Source: a virus (Duplodnaviria; Caudoviricetes). From it: DNA of 36,635 bases. The position numbers were made by a program, and so were the translations under genes. The DNA is taken from IMG/VR virus record IMGVR_UViG_3300046387_000715, positions 1 to 36,635 of that record; one strand, given 5' to 3'. The notes under the pieces are model-generated. The model searched no databases. It was given only the letters and a program-made list of their open reading frames with translations, and was not told the DNA's origin. Below, piece after piece: positions 17,343 through 25,192 of the stretch; positions within the stretch are counted from its first letter, which is position 1, and each line of letters begins with the position of its first letter.

Positions 17343-18264
17343 AGCTAAAGCGCACGGTTCTTTTGAGGACTGGGCTGAACGTGCTGGAACCTTCATAGAT
17401 GACAGCGAGATAGATCATATCATTGATTATGATTGTGATGCTTATGACGCCGATGGCAATCCTCTTTTTATGTTTAGAAAAAACGTCATCCCAAATTCTC
17501 TGTGTAAGGCTGCATATCAAAACCTGAGAGGCGCGGCGCAGCAAACGAACAACAGGGGCGATGCCGCTGGTGAGTTTGAAATTAAGGATGATCCCACGCT
17601 GCGGAACCATTCTCAGATGACAAAGCTCAAGGGGAAGCAAAAGAGATTTAAGGTTGTTCGGGAGGATGGCACCCTCTCAAAGCAGACACGCGCAAAAAAT
17701 GTAAACTCAGGCATCGTAGGTTACTTCGATAGAACCTTACGCCACCCTTTTTGCCGCCAAACCGCGTGGACTGAAAAGAACTTTTCCCAGTTCCAAGGCG
17801 CATATCCTTACATAAAGAAAATATCGGACCTGTTTCAGGAGGCGTGTCCAGATCGTTGGGAGGCACAAAAGGGGGAAGCGGATAAAACCAATAAAGACTT
17901 TTTAATTGGGGATACGGTTTTCACCACCGTTACAGTAAACAAAAATTTTCGGACCGCAATCCATTGTGATGCGGGTGATTTTAAAGGTGGGTTAGGTAAT
18001 ATTGCTGTTCTGCAAACTGGAAAGTTTGATGGCGGCTTCACTTGCTTGCCAAGATACCGCCTCGGCTTCGATGTAAGGAACACAGACGTCTGTTTTTTCA
18101 ATGTTCATGAATGGCATGCAAATACTGAAATACGCGCCACACGGCCATACGAGCGCGTCTCAGTGGTGTGTTATTATCGGGAGCATATGGGTAAGTGCGG
18201 AACCGCTAGTGAGGAGCTTGATATTATTAAAACACGGGAAGATTTAAAGGGTTTGAACGCTTAA
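17323..18264 (+). CDS. TET/JBP-family 2OG-Fe(II) 5-methylpyrimidine dioxygenase
   Basis: FTTVTVNKNFRTAIHCDAGD (HxD), HEWHANT (distal His), RVSVVCYYRE (2OG-binding Arg); also SGIVGYFDR and CRQTAW. Confidence 0.9.
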   Translation: MGIKIFEAKAHGSFEDWAERAGTFIDDSEIDHIIDYDCDAYDADGNPLFMFRKNVIPNSLCKAAYQNLRGAAQQTNNRGDAAGEFEIKDDPTLRNHSQMTKLKGKQKRFKVVREDGTLSKQTRAKNVNSGIVGYFDRTLRHPFCRQTAWTEKNFSQFQGAYPYIKKISDLFQEACPDRWEAQKGEADKTNKDFLIGDTVFTTVTVNKNFRTAIHCDAGDFKGGLGNIAVLQTGKFDGGFTCLPRYRLGFDVRNTDVCFFNVHEWHANTEIRATRPYERVSVVCYYREHMGKCGTASEELDIIKTREDLKGLNA

Positions 18265-19043
18265 TGATACAAATTGCTATACCAACTCTAGGCAGATTAG
18301 ATCGGCAAGTTACATATAAAGAAATACCAAAAGATTACTGGAACTTTATTTGCCTTTGGGTTCAAGAGCACGAGTTTGATGAGGCCAAACAAAAGCACCC
18401 AGACGTCGAAGTTCAGTGTTTGCCATCGGGAACCAAAGGGATTGCCCTAACTCGAAAAATTATTGCGCAGAATTACGCGGGAAAGCGGCATTGGGTTTTA
18501 GACGATGACTTAAAATTTGTCAGGATGGACGCGGAGCTTAAAGCTCAAAAGATGCAACCAAAAAACTGGCAAACCTTGTTCGAGCAAATCAGTAAGGTTC
18601 TCGACGGTGGGTATATTCACGGCTCCCTTTCAACCCACAACACGCCACCGAACCCTAAGCCACTAAGCTTCAACACAAGAATGTATACCAACGTGTTTTA
18701 CGGTGAGAGGTTTGACCCGTCAAAAATAGATTGGGGGGAGCAGTACGAACTGATGCCAGAAGATTTCTATGTAAATTTGCAGCTGCTCACTCGCGGCTTC
18801 CAGAATGTTGTATTTAATCACTACCGAGTGAACCCAAGCGCAACTAATGCGAAGGGTGGATGTGAAACCTACAGAACGATTGAGCTACATAATCGTGGAC
18901 AGGAAATCCTAGCGGAAAAGTTTCCAAAATTTGTACAGGTTTACAAGAAAGTTCAAACAAGTGGACCTTGGGCGGGTAAGGAAAAGGCGGCGCTCAAAAT
19001 AAAATGGAAACAAGCATACATGAGCTCCAAGACCAAAGGCTAG
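18264..19043 (+). CDS. TET-associated glycosyltransferase (GT-A fold)
   Basis: IAIPTLGR, GIALTRKII, VLDDD (DxD), EDFYVNLQLL and NAKGGC motifs; TAATG coupling to the TET gene. Confidence 0.85.
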   Translation: MIQIAIPTLGRLDRQVTYKEIPKDYWNFICLWVQEHEFDEAKQKHPDVEVQCLPSGTKGIALTRKIIAQNYAGKRHWVLDDDLKFVRMDAELKAQKMQPKNWQTLFEQISKVLDGGYIHGSLSTHNTPPNPKPLSFNTRMYTNVFYGERFDPSKIDWGEQYELMPEDFYVNLQLLTRGFQNVVFNHYRVNPSATNAKGGCETYRTIELHNRGQEILAEKFPKFVQVYKKVQTSGPWAGKEKAALKIKWKQAYMSSKTKG

Positions 19044-19050
19044 TATTTTT

Positions 19051-19059
19051 TGCTATAAT
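19051..19059 (+). promoter_or_regulatory. extended -10 promoter upstream of terS
   Basis: TGCTATAAT, a consensus extended -10. Confidence 0.6.
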
Positions 19060-19106
19060 CGCTATATTGAGACAGTGATTGGGAAAAACTGATAACGGTA
19101 AGCAAT

Positions 19107-19667
19107 ATGACTGAAAAAATTACGGATCAAAAACTTGAGGAGCTAAGGCTTGAATATGTTGAGGGTATTGAGGACGCCGAAGGGGTCAGATCATACCCAA
19201 CCGTCGATGCACTGTGTAAGTCACACAACGTTTCAAGAGCAACGCTTTACCGCAAATCAGTAAGCCAAGATTGGCAGCAGCAAAGGAACCAGTGGCAAGC
19301 TGTTTTCAATTCTGAGCGAAATAGGGTCAGGGCTGAGAGGTTTGCAAAGCAAGGTGAAAGGCTTGACAGCAAAGCTTTATTTATCGCTCAAGGAGTTCTG
19401 AGTTCCTTAGGTCGAAAGGTCAGAACCACACTTGAGGCAGAGGAAAACGGCGTTGAGGAATTATTTTTATCCCTCACAGAAATGAAAGATTTAACCGAAG
19501 CGGGTTTGAAGGCCCAAAAGATGGGGAAGCTGGCGCTTGGTGAAGCTGGTGAGATAACGAAAGTAACAACTGATGAACATATCCCCGCAAGTCTCTCAAG
19601 AATTATTGAAGAACTGGACGAGCTTGCCGCGTCAAAGTCACAAGGGGCTAACGTCACTATACAGTGA
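19107..19667 (+). CDS. terS: terminase small subunit (putative)
   Basis: N-terminal HTH (TVDALCKSHNVSRATLYRKS) and helical body; directly before terL. Confidence 0.7.
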   Translation: MTEKITDQKLEELRLEYVEGIEDAEGVRSYPTVDALCKSHNVSRATLYRKSVSQDWQQQRNQWQAVFNSERNRVRAERFAKQGERLDSKALFIAQGVLSSLGRKVRTTLEAEENGVEELFLSLTEMKDLTEAGLKAQKMGKLALGEAGEITKVTTDEHIPASLSRIIEELDELAASKSQGANVTIQ

Positions 19668-20871
19668 TTGGCTCGATACAGCGCGGGATAGCCAGCTCAC
19701 GCCCAAAGGAGACTGGGCAGTATGGTTAATTTTAGCTGGGCGCGGTTGGGGCAAGACAAGAACAGGAGGCACTGACGCGGCTTTATATGCGCTCAAAAAC
19801 CCCAATGTAAGGGTGGCGGTAGTTGTTCCTACGTTTGGTGATTTGAAGCGAGTTGCCTTTGGGGGTGAGAGTGGAATTTTGTCATTCCTTCCAAGAGAAT
19901 GCCTTTTGGCTGGAAGGGGTCAAGGTTACAACAGTAGCGCCCAAGAAATCAGACTTTTTAATGGTTCTATAATCCAAGGGTTTTCTGCGGCAGAGCCTGA
20001 GCGATTACGTGGGCCTCAGTTCCATCGCGCTTGGTGTGATGAGATAGCTGCTTGGGTTTACCCAGAAGCTTTTGATCAGTTAATGTTTGGGTTGCGCCTT
20101 GGCGATAATCCTCAATGCGTAATAACAACAACGCCAAAGCCAAACCAGATCATCAAAAATTTGCTGAAAAGAAAGGGAACGGCTGTCACGAGGGGTTCGA
20201 CATTTGAAAATCAAGAAAATCTAGCGGCGGCGGCTCTTGAGCAACTTAAAGAAAAGTATGAAGGTACAAGGCTGGGACGCCAAGAGTTATATGCTGAGGT
20301 TTTAGATGATATTGAGGGTGCGCTCTGGAACCATAGGATTATTGAGCAAGCTAACCTTGATGAGCAGAATGCACCCCAGATGAAAAGAATAGTTGTTGCT
20401 ATTGATCCTGCGGTAACTGGAAATGAAAACAGCGACGAAACTGGGATCGTTGTTGCGGGCCGAGGCGTTGACGAGAGGTTCTATATTTTAGATGACAGAT
20501 CACTCAGGGGTTCACCTGACACTTGGGCGCAAGCGGCGGTGTCTGCTTTCAACGAATGGAAGGCAGATAGAATAGTTGCGGAAGTAAACAACGGTGGCGA
20601 TTTGGTTGAAAAAGTGATAAGAACTATAGATAGAAGTGTTCCCTACACCCCCGTCAGGGCGTCGAGGGGTAAGATATTAAGGGCAGAGCCCATTGCGGCG
20701 CTGTATGAGCAGGGTAAGGTTTCGCATTGTGGTGTATTTAGGGAGCTTGAAGATCAAATGACTAGCTACACTCCGCAGTCAAAGAAATCCCCCGATAGAT
20801 TAGACGCTTTGGTTTGGGCGCTTACTGAGTTAAACAGGTCAACAGGGCAACCCGTCTGGAGAATAAGTTAA
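19573..20871 (+). CDS. terL: terminase large subunit (GTA-like)
   Basis: Walker A LILAGRGWGKTRTG, Walker B LRGPQFHRAWCDE, nuclease motifs VVAIDPA..DETG and SPDRLDALVWA. Confidence 0.96.
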   Translation: MNISPQVSQELLKNWTSLPRQSHKGLTSLYSDWLDTARDSQLTPKGDWAVWLILAGRGWGKTRTGGTDAALYALKNPNVRVAVVVPTFGDLKRVAFGGESGILSFLPRECLLAGRGQGYNSSAQEIRLFNGSIIQGFSAAEPERLRGPQFHRAWCDEIAAWVYPEAFDQLMFGLRLGDNPQCVITTTPKPNQIIKNLLKRKGTAVTRGSTFENQENLAAAALEQLKEKYEGTRLGRQELYAEVLDDIEGALWNHRIIEQANLDEQNAPQMKRIVVAIDPAVTGNENSDETGIVVAGRGVDERFYILDDRSLRGSPDTWAQAAVSAFNEWKADRIVAEVNNGGDLVEKVIRTIDRSVPYTPVRASRGKILRAEPIAALYEQGKVSHCGVFRELEDQMTSYTPQSKKSPDRLDALVWALTELNRSTGQPVWRIS

Positions 20872-23135
20872 TGGGCATCTTAGACAATATTGCGGCTGCA
20901 TTTGGCAGAGGTCAAACCTTTGAGCGTAAGGAAGCGCCACAGGTTCATATCAGTGGCCCCACATACAGCGGAACAAAAAAAGATAATTTTAAAACTTTTG
21001 CTCAAGAAGGGTATAAAGAAAACGCAATCGTTTACCGTTGCGTTAATGAAATCGCTAACGGGGCAGCTTCAATCCCTTTTTGTGTTTATCAGGGCGATAT
21101 AAAGCTTGAGGCACATCCTTTGATTTCACTACTTGCGCGGCCAAACCCACTACAAGCTGGCGTTGAGTACTTCCAAAGCCTTTATTCTTACTTGCTTTTG
21201 TCTGGAAACTCTTATGCACTGCAATCAGATGTTAACGGCGCTCCGAGAGAGTTGCATATTCTGCGCCCAGATAGAATTGAAATCGAGCCAAGTAGCACGG
21301 CAATCCCAAAGTCTTACAAATACAAGCTTGGACAAGAGGTAGTGAAAACCTACCCCGCCGATCCAGTAACGGGAGCCGCAGAGGTAAAGCATTTTAAGCT
21401 CTGGAACCCTCTTGACGATTATCAGGGTCTTTCCCCCCTAGCGGCGGCGGCTCTTTCTATTGACCAGAACAACATGGTTTCGAAGCACAACATTGCGCTG
21501 TTAGCAAATGGTGCCAGACCATCAGGGGCAATAGTTTTCAAGCCAGCAGACGATGCGGGAAATAGACTTTTACTCACAGATAGCCAGCGCGAGCAGTTAC
21601 AAAGTGATTTGGCAAATCGCTTCAAGGGCGTAAACAACGCGGGTCGCCCCATGCTACTTGAGGGTGATTTTGAATGGAAAGAAATGGGCATGTCGCCAAA
21701 GGACATGGATTTTATGAACCAAGCGAACATGACCGCGAAAGATATTGCGCTTTGTTTTGGGGTTCCTTCTCAGCTTATTGGTATTCCAGACGCTCAAACC
21801 TATGCAAATGTTCAAGAAGCGCGTCTGGCGCTTTATGAAGAAACCATTATTCCCTTGGCGCGTAGGATTGAAAGCGATTTAAACGAATGGCTGGCCCCAG
21901 CGTTTGGTGATGATATATCGATTTTATATGATATTGACGCCATCCCAGCCATGACAGAGCGGAGGCGTAGAGTTTATGAAAATGTTACTTCGGCGGTTAG
22001 AGATGGAATTATCTCACGTAATGAAGCGCGTGAAAGATTGGGCCTTGAACCCATCACAGGAGGTGACGAAGTCTTCATTGCCGCAAACCTCTTCCCATTG
22101 GGTGGTCCAGAAGTGGCGGCAGACGAAGGGCAAGACCCAGAAGAAGCAGGTAAACAAGCCTACGGCGAAGAAGAAATAAAAAAAAAGAGTGAAGTAGCCA
22201 AGGACACTTTTACAACCAGAGCCGAAGCATCGGATCGCGCCGCACAAATAGGTTGTGTTGGAAGTCATCAGCATACAGTTGACGGAACCCTTGTATTTAT
22301 GCCGTGCGATACTCATGGTGAATACGAGGATCTCATAGGTGATAAAAGGAATTATCCTGATCGGTACGTAAGTCCAGATGATATGCGTCATCGGGAAAAG
22401 GAAAAATCCCACCATGATGATGAAGAAGATGACAAGGCTGAAAGTGATGTAAATACAACGCCAACGGACGCGATGGCTTCAAACGCAACTCGCGGTCTTG
22501 CGCTTCGCAAGGAATATGGGCGCGGCGGCACTCAGGTCGGTGTGGCTAGGGCAAACCAGCTTAAAACGAAAGAGCGGCTTAGCCCCAGAACCGTCCGTAG
22601 AATGCATAGTTACTTCTCAAGACATGAGGTTGACAAAAGAGCAGAGGGCTTCCGCAGGGGCGAGGCTGGTTGGCCCAGTGCGGGATTGGTTGCTTGGTTG
22701 CTTTGGGGTGGAGACGAGGGGCAGTCTTGGGCTGCACGTAAGGTTCGGGAGCTAGATAAAGAGCGTGATAAGGCTGACGAGTTGGTTTCATTTATGGAAG
22801 ATTTGCCGCTTGAGGAAAAAGCGCCAGCGAAAATTTCAGAAGCGGTCAAAAAAGGTTTAGCGGAAAAAGTCAAAGACCATAACGAAAAGCATGGCGATAA
22901 AAAAGGCAAGAGGGTCACTCAGAGGATGCTGGAGGCGGTGTTTCGTCGAGGCGTGGGGGCTTACAACACAAACCCATCTTCAGTGCGCCCTAGCGTCAGT
23001 TCTGCCGACCAGTGGGCTTATGCGCGGGTAAATGTATTTTTGGGGGCCGTAAGAACGGGAAGGTTCAAGCGGGGGAAGTTTGACACTGATCTTTTGCCAG
23101 AAGGCCACCCGCTCAAATCCAAAAAGAAAAACTAG
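20871..23135 (+). CDS. HK97-family portal protein with ~310-aa C-terminal extension
   Basis: VYRCVNEIA, LLLSGNSY, GLSPL, NGARPSG, IALCFGVP, TYANVQ and ISRNEARERLGL portal motifs end near residue 410; extra domains follow. Confidence 0.95.
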   Translation: MGILDNIAAAFGRGQTFERKEAPQVHISGPTYSGTKKDNFKTFAQEGYKENAIVYRCVNEIANGAASIPFCVYQGDIKLEAHPLISLLARPNPLQAGVEYFQSLYSYLLLSGNSYALQSDVNGAPRELHILRPDRIEIEPSSTAIPKSYKYKLGQEVVKTYPADPVTGAAEVKHFKLWNPLDDYQGLSPLAAAALSIDQNNMVSKHNIALLANGARPSGAIVFKPADDAGNRLLLTDSQREQLQSDLANRFKGVNNAGRPMLLEGDFEWKEMGMSPKDMDFMNQANMTAKDIALCFGVPSQLIGIPDAQTYANVQEARLALYEETIIPLARRIESDLNEWLAPAFGDDISILYDIDAIPAMTERRRRVYENVTSAVRDGIISRNEARERLGLEPITGGDEVFIAANLFPLGGPEVAADEGQDPEEAGKQAYGEEEIKKKSEVAKDTFTTRAEASDRAAQIGCVGSHQHTVDGTLVFMPCDTHGEYEDLIGDKRNYPDRYVSPDDMRHREKEKSHHDDEEDDKAESDVNTTPTDAMASNATRGLALRKEYGRGGTQVGVARANQLKTKERLSPRTVRRMHSYFSRHEVDKRAEGFRRGEAGWPSAGLVAWLLWGGDEGQSWAARKVRELDKERDKADELVSFMEDLPLEEKAPAKISEAVKKGLAEKVKDHNEKHGDKKGKRVTQRMLEAVFRRGVGAYNTNPSSVRPSVSSADQWAYARVNVFLGAVRTGRFKRGKFDTDLLPEGHPLKSKKKN
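22178..22192 (+). other. candidate slippery site, A9 run / A_AAA_AAG AGT GA
   Basis: Codons ATA AAA AAA AAG AGT GAA; the -1 frame reads GAG TGA. Confidence 0.55.
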
Positions 23136-23446
23136 ATATAGTTTTCCACGAGGCCAAGCTCGACATCATCATAGATACCAAAAGGCTTTGAAAGCGAGCC
23201 GCCTTCCTTCACCATGCGAACAGCAAAAGTGATCGCGTTGTGATTGGCAAGCCAGCGGTAACCTCGCGCCATTGCCACTTGGTGTGTAACGGCGTCAAAT
23301 TCTATAAGCCGATCTTCGTCGAGTGACGGGACTTCGATGTGAACGACAAATTTATTTTCGCCGTTGAAATGAATATTGCCTTCCAGTCGATTAAGGCGCA
23401 TTTTAGCGGCTTCGGGGGAAAGTAAAAATTTAAGAGAATGTGCCAT
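23132..23446 (-). CDS. hypothetical protein (inverted island)
   Basis: RBS GGAGGT; stop codon overlaps the portal stop. Confidence 0.7.
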   Translation of the reverse strand: MAHSLKFLLSPEAAKMRLNRLEGNIHFNGENKFVVHIEVPSLDEDRLIEFDAVTHQVAMARGYRWLANHNAITFAVRMVKEGGSLSKPFGIYDDVELGLVENYI

Positions 23447-23464
23447 GTTACCTCCAATGGCTGT

Positions 23465-23478
23465 GGGGCCGAAGCCCC
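23465..23478 (-). repeat. intergenic C(UUCG)G hairpin, copy 1
   Basis: Minus strand GGGGCTTCGGCCCC between a stop codon and the next RBS; no U tract. Confidence 0.85.
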
Positions 23479-23484
23479 TGTTGA

Positions 23485-23697
23485 TTAACGGCGGCGCAGT
23501 TTGCCTTCACGGCGTAGGCGCTCCATAGCGTAGGTCATGCCCTGATCGGCATAGTAGTTTTCCCGCTCAGGGTTCCACCCCCGCATCGCGTTCTGGGCTT
23601 GGCGGCAATCGCTAATGATGTAAGACAGCGCATCGTCATCGACGGTCTTAGCGTGGGCTTCCCACTTGTTGAACTCTGATGCAGTTGCTCCTGACAT
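23485..23697 (-). CDS. hypothetical protein (inverted island)
   Basis: Start MSGATA after RBS GAGGAGG. Confidence 0.7.
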   Translation of the reverse strand: MSGATASEFNKWEAHAKTVDDDALSYIISDCRQAQNAMRGWNPERENYYADQGMTYAMERLRREGKLRRR

Positions 23698-23708
23698 ATC
23701 ACGCCTCC

Positions 23709-23912
23709 TCACGCTGTCTTTCTTCCAGTTTTCAAATTGTATTCAAAACGCAATCCACCCAAGCAGTCGCGGCAACGAATATAATCAAAGTAACCTTGAG
23801 CCTTCATTGCGTTATGAACTGCCTTTCCATCGGCTGCGTTGCTCACAGTATCGACCCACTGTTCTGGGCCGCCGTCTTTGATCCCGAAAATTTTGTAACT
23901 TCTACGTGCCAT
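23709..23912 (-). CDS. hypothetical protein (inverted island)
   Basis: Start MARRSY after RBS GGAG; 67 aa. Confidence 0.7.
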   Translation of the reverse strand: MARRSYKIFGIKDGGPEQWVDTVSNAADGKAVHNAMKAQGYFDYIRCRDCLGGLRFEYNLKTGRKTA

Positions 23913-23955
23913 TTTTTTCTCCATTTGGTTGGGGGCTTTCGCCCCCGATTGATTA
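23910..23955 (-). repeat. stop-hairpin-RBS junction unit, copy 2
   Basis: TAATCAATCGGGGGCGAAAGCCCCCAACCAAATGGAGAAAAAAATG; near-identical to 24585-24632. Confidence 0.85.
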
Positions 23956-24144
23956 ATCCCAGATAATGTCTGATCCGCGTTTCTTGATAAGCGAAAGAAT
24001 TTGTTTGAAATAAGCATCCTCCCAATCTTTTCCTAACTCAGTTTCTAAGATGTTCCGAAACTTTGCTGCGCAGTGGGTAGTGCCAGTGCGGCCAATATAC
24101 TTGCTGCTTTTATCAAGTGCGGTTTGAAAAACTGTGTTGATCAT
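23953..24144 (-). CDS. hypothetical protein (inverted island)
   Basis: RBS GGAGGA; directly downstream of the repeated promoter. Confidence 0.7.
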   Translation of the reverse strand: MINTVFQTALDKSSKYIGRTGTTHCAAKFRNILETELGKDWEDAYFKQILSLIKKRGSDIIWD

Positions 24145-24157
24145 CTGAACTTCCTCC

Positions 24158-24213
24158 GTTGCTATACATTCTGTATGCTCTATTTTTTTATATATGTAAA
24201 TACTTAATTTACA
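24158..24213 (-). promoter_or_regulatory. repeated early promoter/operator, copy 3
   Basis: TGTAAAT-ACTTA-ATTTACA (24195-24213); minus strand TTTACA-N17-CATACAGAATGTATAGCAAC. Confidence 0.75.
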
Positions 24214-24231
24214 AAAAAGTTACATAATGAC

Positions 24232-24252
24232 AAAAAAAGGGGCCGAAGCCCC
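24232..24252 (-). terminator. intrinsic terminator (same UUCG hairpin plus U7)
   Basis: Minus strand GGGGCTTCGGCCCCTTTTTTT. Confidence 0.85.
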
Positions 24253-24275
24253 ACAATTTTAGATATACTAAAGGT

Positions 24276-24587
24276 TCAATGTTTGAGTGGTGAAACCCTG
24301 ATTGCTTGCTCTAAAAGGGCAACTGCATAATCTTTATCAAGCTCCGCGAGCTCATCTTCCCACTGGCTAATGGTCATTACATCTGTGGGGATAACCTTCA
24401 CTGAAATGCAGTTTGACGAATGAGCGGCCATTATATAGGCCATGGCATCGGCTGGACGGTTTACATCACTCACGATGTAGTCATCGCCGCCTTTAAATTT
24501 CCAATAAGCGTTTCCGCTTGAAAACTTCCCATCGGTGTCGTGAGCGCCGTAGTTTTCCAGAGTTTGAGTTTTAACGATAAAATCCAT
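24276..24587 (-). CDS. hypothetical protein (inverted island)
   Basis: Start MDFIVK after RBS GGAG; TQTLENYGAHD..YWKFKGG. Confidence 0.75.
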   Translation of the reverse strand: MDFIVKTQTLENYGAHDTDGKFSSGNAYWKFKGGDDYIVSDVNRPADAMAYIMAAHSSNCISVKVIPTDVMTISQWEDELAELDKDYAVALLEQAIRVSPLKH

Positions 24588-24632
24588 TTTTTTCTCCATT
24601 GGTTGGTGGGGGCCGAAGCCCCCGATTGATTA
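24585..24632 (-). repeat. stop-hairpin-RBS junction unit, copy 4
   Basis: TAATCAATCGGGGGCTTCGGCCCCCACCAACCAATGGAGAAAAAAATG. Confidence 0.85.
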
Positions 24633-25070
24633 CTTAATCTTGATGAGCGTTCTTTGGTGAAGGCATTGGACGTTATAGCCTCCTGCCAAGATGGTATTTA
24701 TTGAAACAACATTCCCATCAATTATGAAAGTTCCCTCATACCCATCACCACAAGATACAAGTTCAAAGTCTTGGATTTCAGTGATGCTTTTTTTGGTAAG
24801 CGCTTTGATGATGCGGTTGTTTCGGTTTGCAATCAGGTTATCAATATTTTTGCGAACAACTTCTTCAATCTTGTTTGTATAAGCTAAAAGATTGTACCAT
24901 GTTTTGCCGCCTGCGATTTCAAAAAGAATTTCGTAATTCATTTGGCGGGTGTTGTTCTTTTCTGCCCACATTTCTGTGATTGCAGATTTTCGTGCTTTGG
25001 CCCATTTCAGTTGGCGCTCGAACATTTGAGCGTCTAAACCGGAGAAAGCTTTTTTAATCTGATTTTCCAT
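24630..25070 (-). CDS. hypothetical protein (inverted island)
   Basis: 146 aa ending TILAGGYNVQCLHQRTL; downstream of the repeated promoter. Confidence 0.75.
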   Translation of the reverse strand: MENQIKKAFSGLDAQMFERQLKWAKARKSAITEMWAEKNNTRQMNYEILFEIAGGKTWYNLLAYTNKIEEVVRKNIDNLIANRNNRIIKALTKKSITEIQDFELVSCGDGYEGTFIIDGNVVSINTILAGGYNVQCLHQRTLIKIK

Positions 25071-25090
25071 TTGATCTACCTAGTTTTAAA

Positions 25091-25146
25091 GTTGCTATAC
25101 ATTTTGTATGCCTGTCTTTTTGGTAAATGTAAATACCATATTTACA
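25091..25146 (-). promoter_or_regulatory. repeated early promoter/operator, copy 4
   Basis: TGTAAAT-ACCAT-ATTTACA (25128-25146); minus strand TTTACA-N17-CATACAAAATGTATAGCAAC. Confidence 0.75.
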
Positions 25147-25158
25147 AAAAAATGCAGT

Positions 25159-25187
25159 TAGACCAAAAAAAAGTTTAATGCTATAAC
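25159..25187 (+). promoter_or_regulatory. promoter for the MuF gene
   Basis: TAGACC-N17-TATAAC with extended TG; ATG only 5 nt downstream. Confidence 0.55.
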
Positions 25188-25192
25188 AGGGC

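Noticed and set aside
23444-24632. CRISPR array or integron attC sites
   Set aside because: The repeats are separated by whole genes of variable length, there are no cas or integron integrase genes, and they lack attC core-site architecture.
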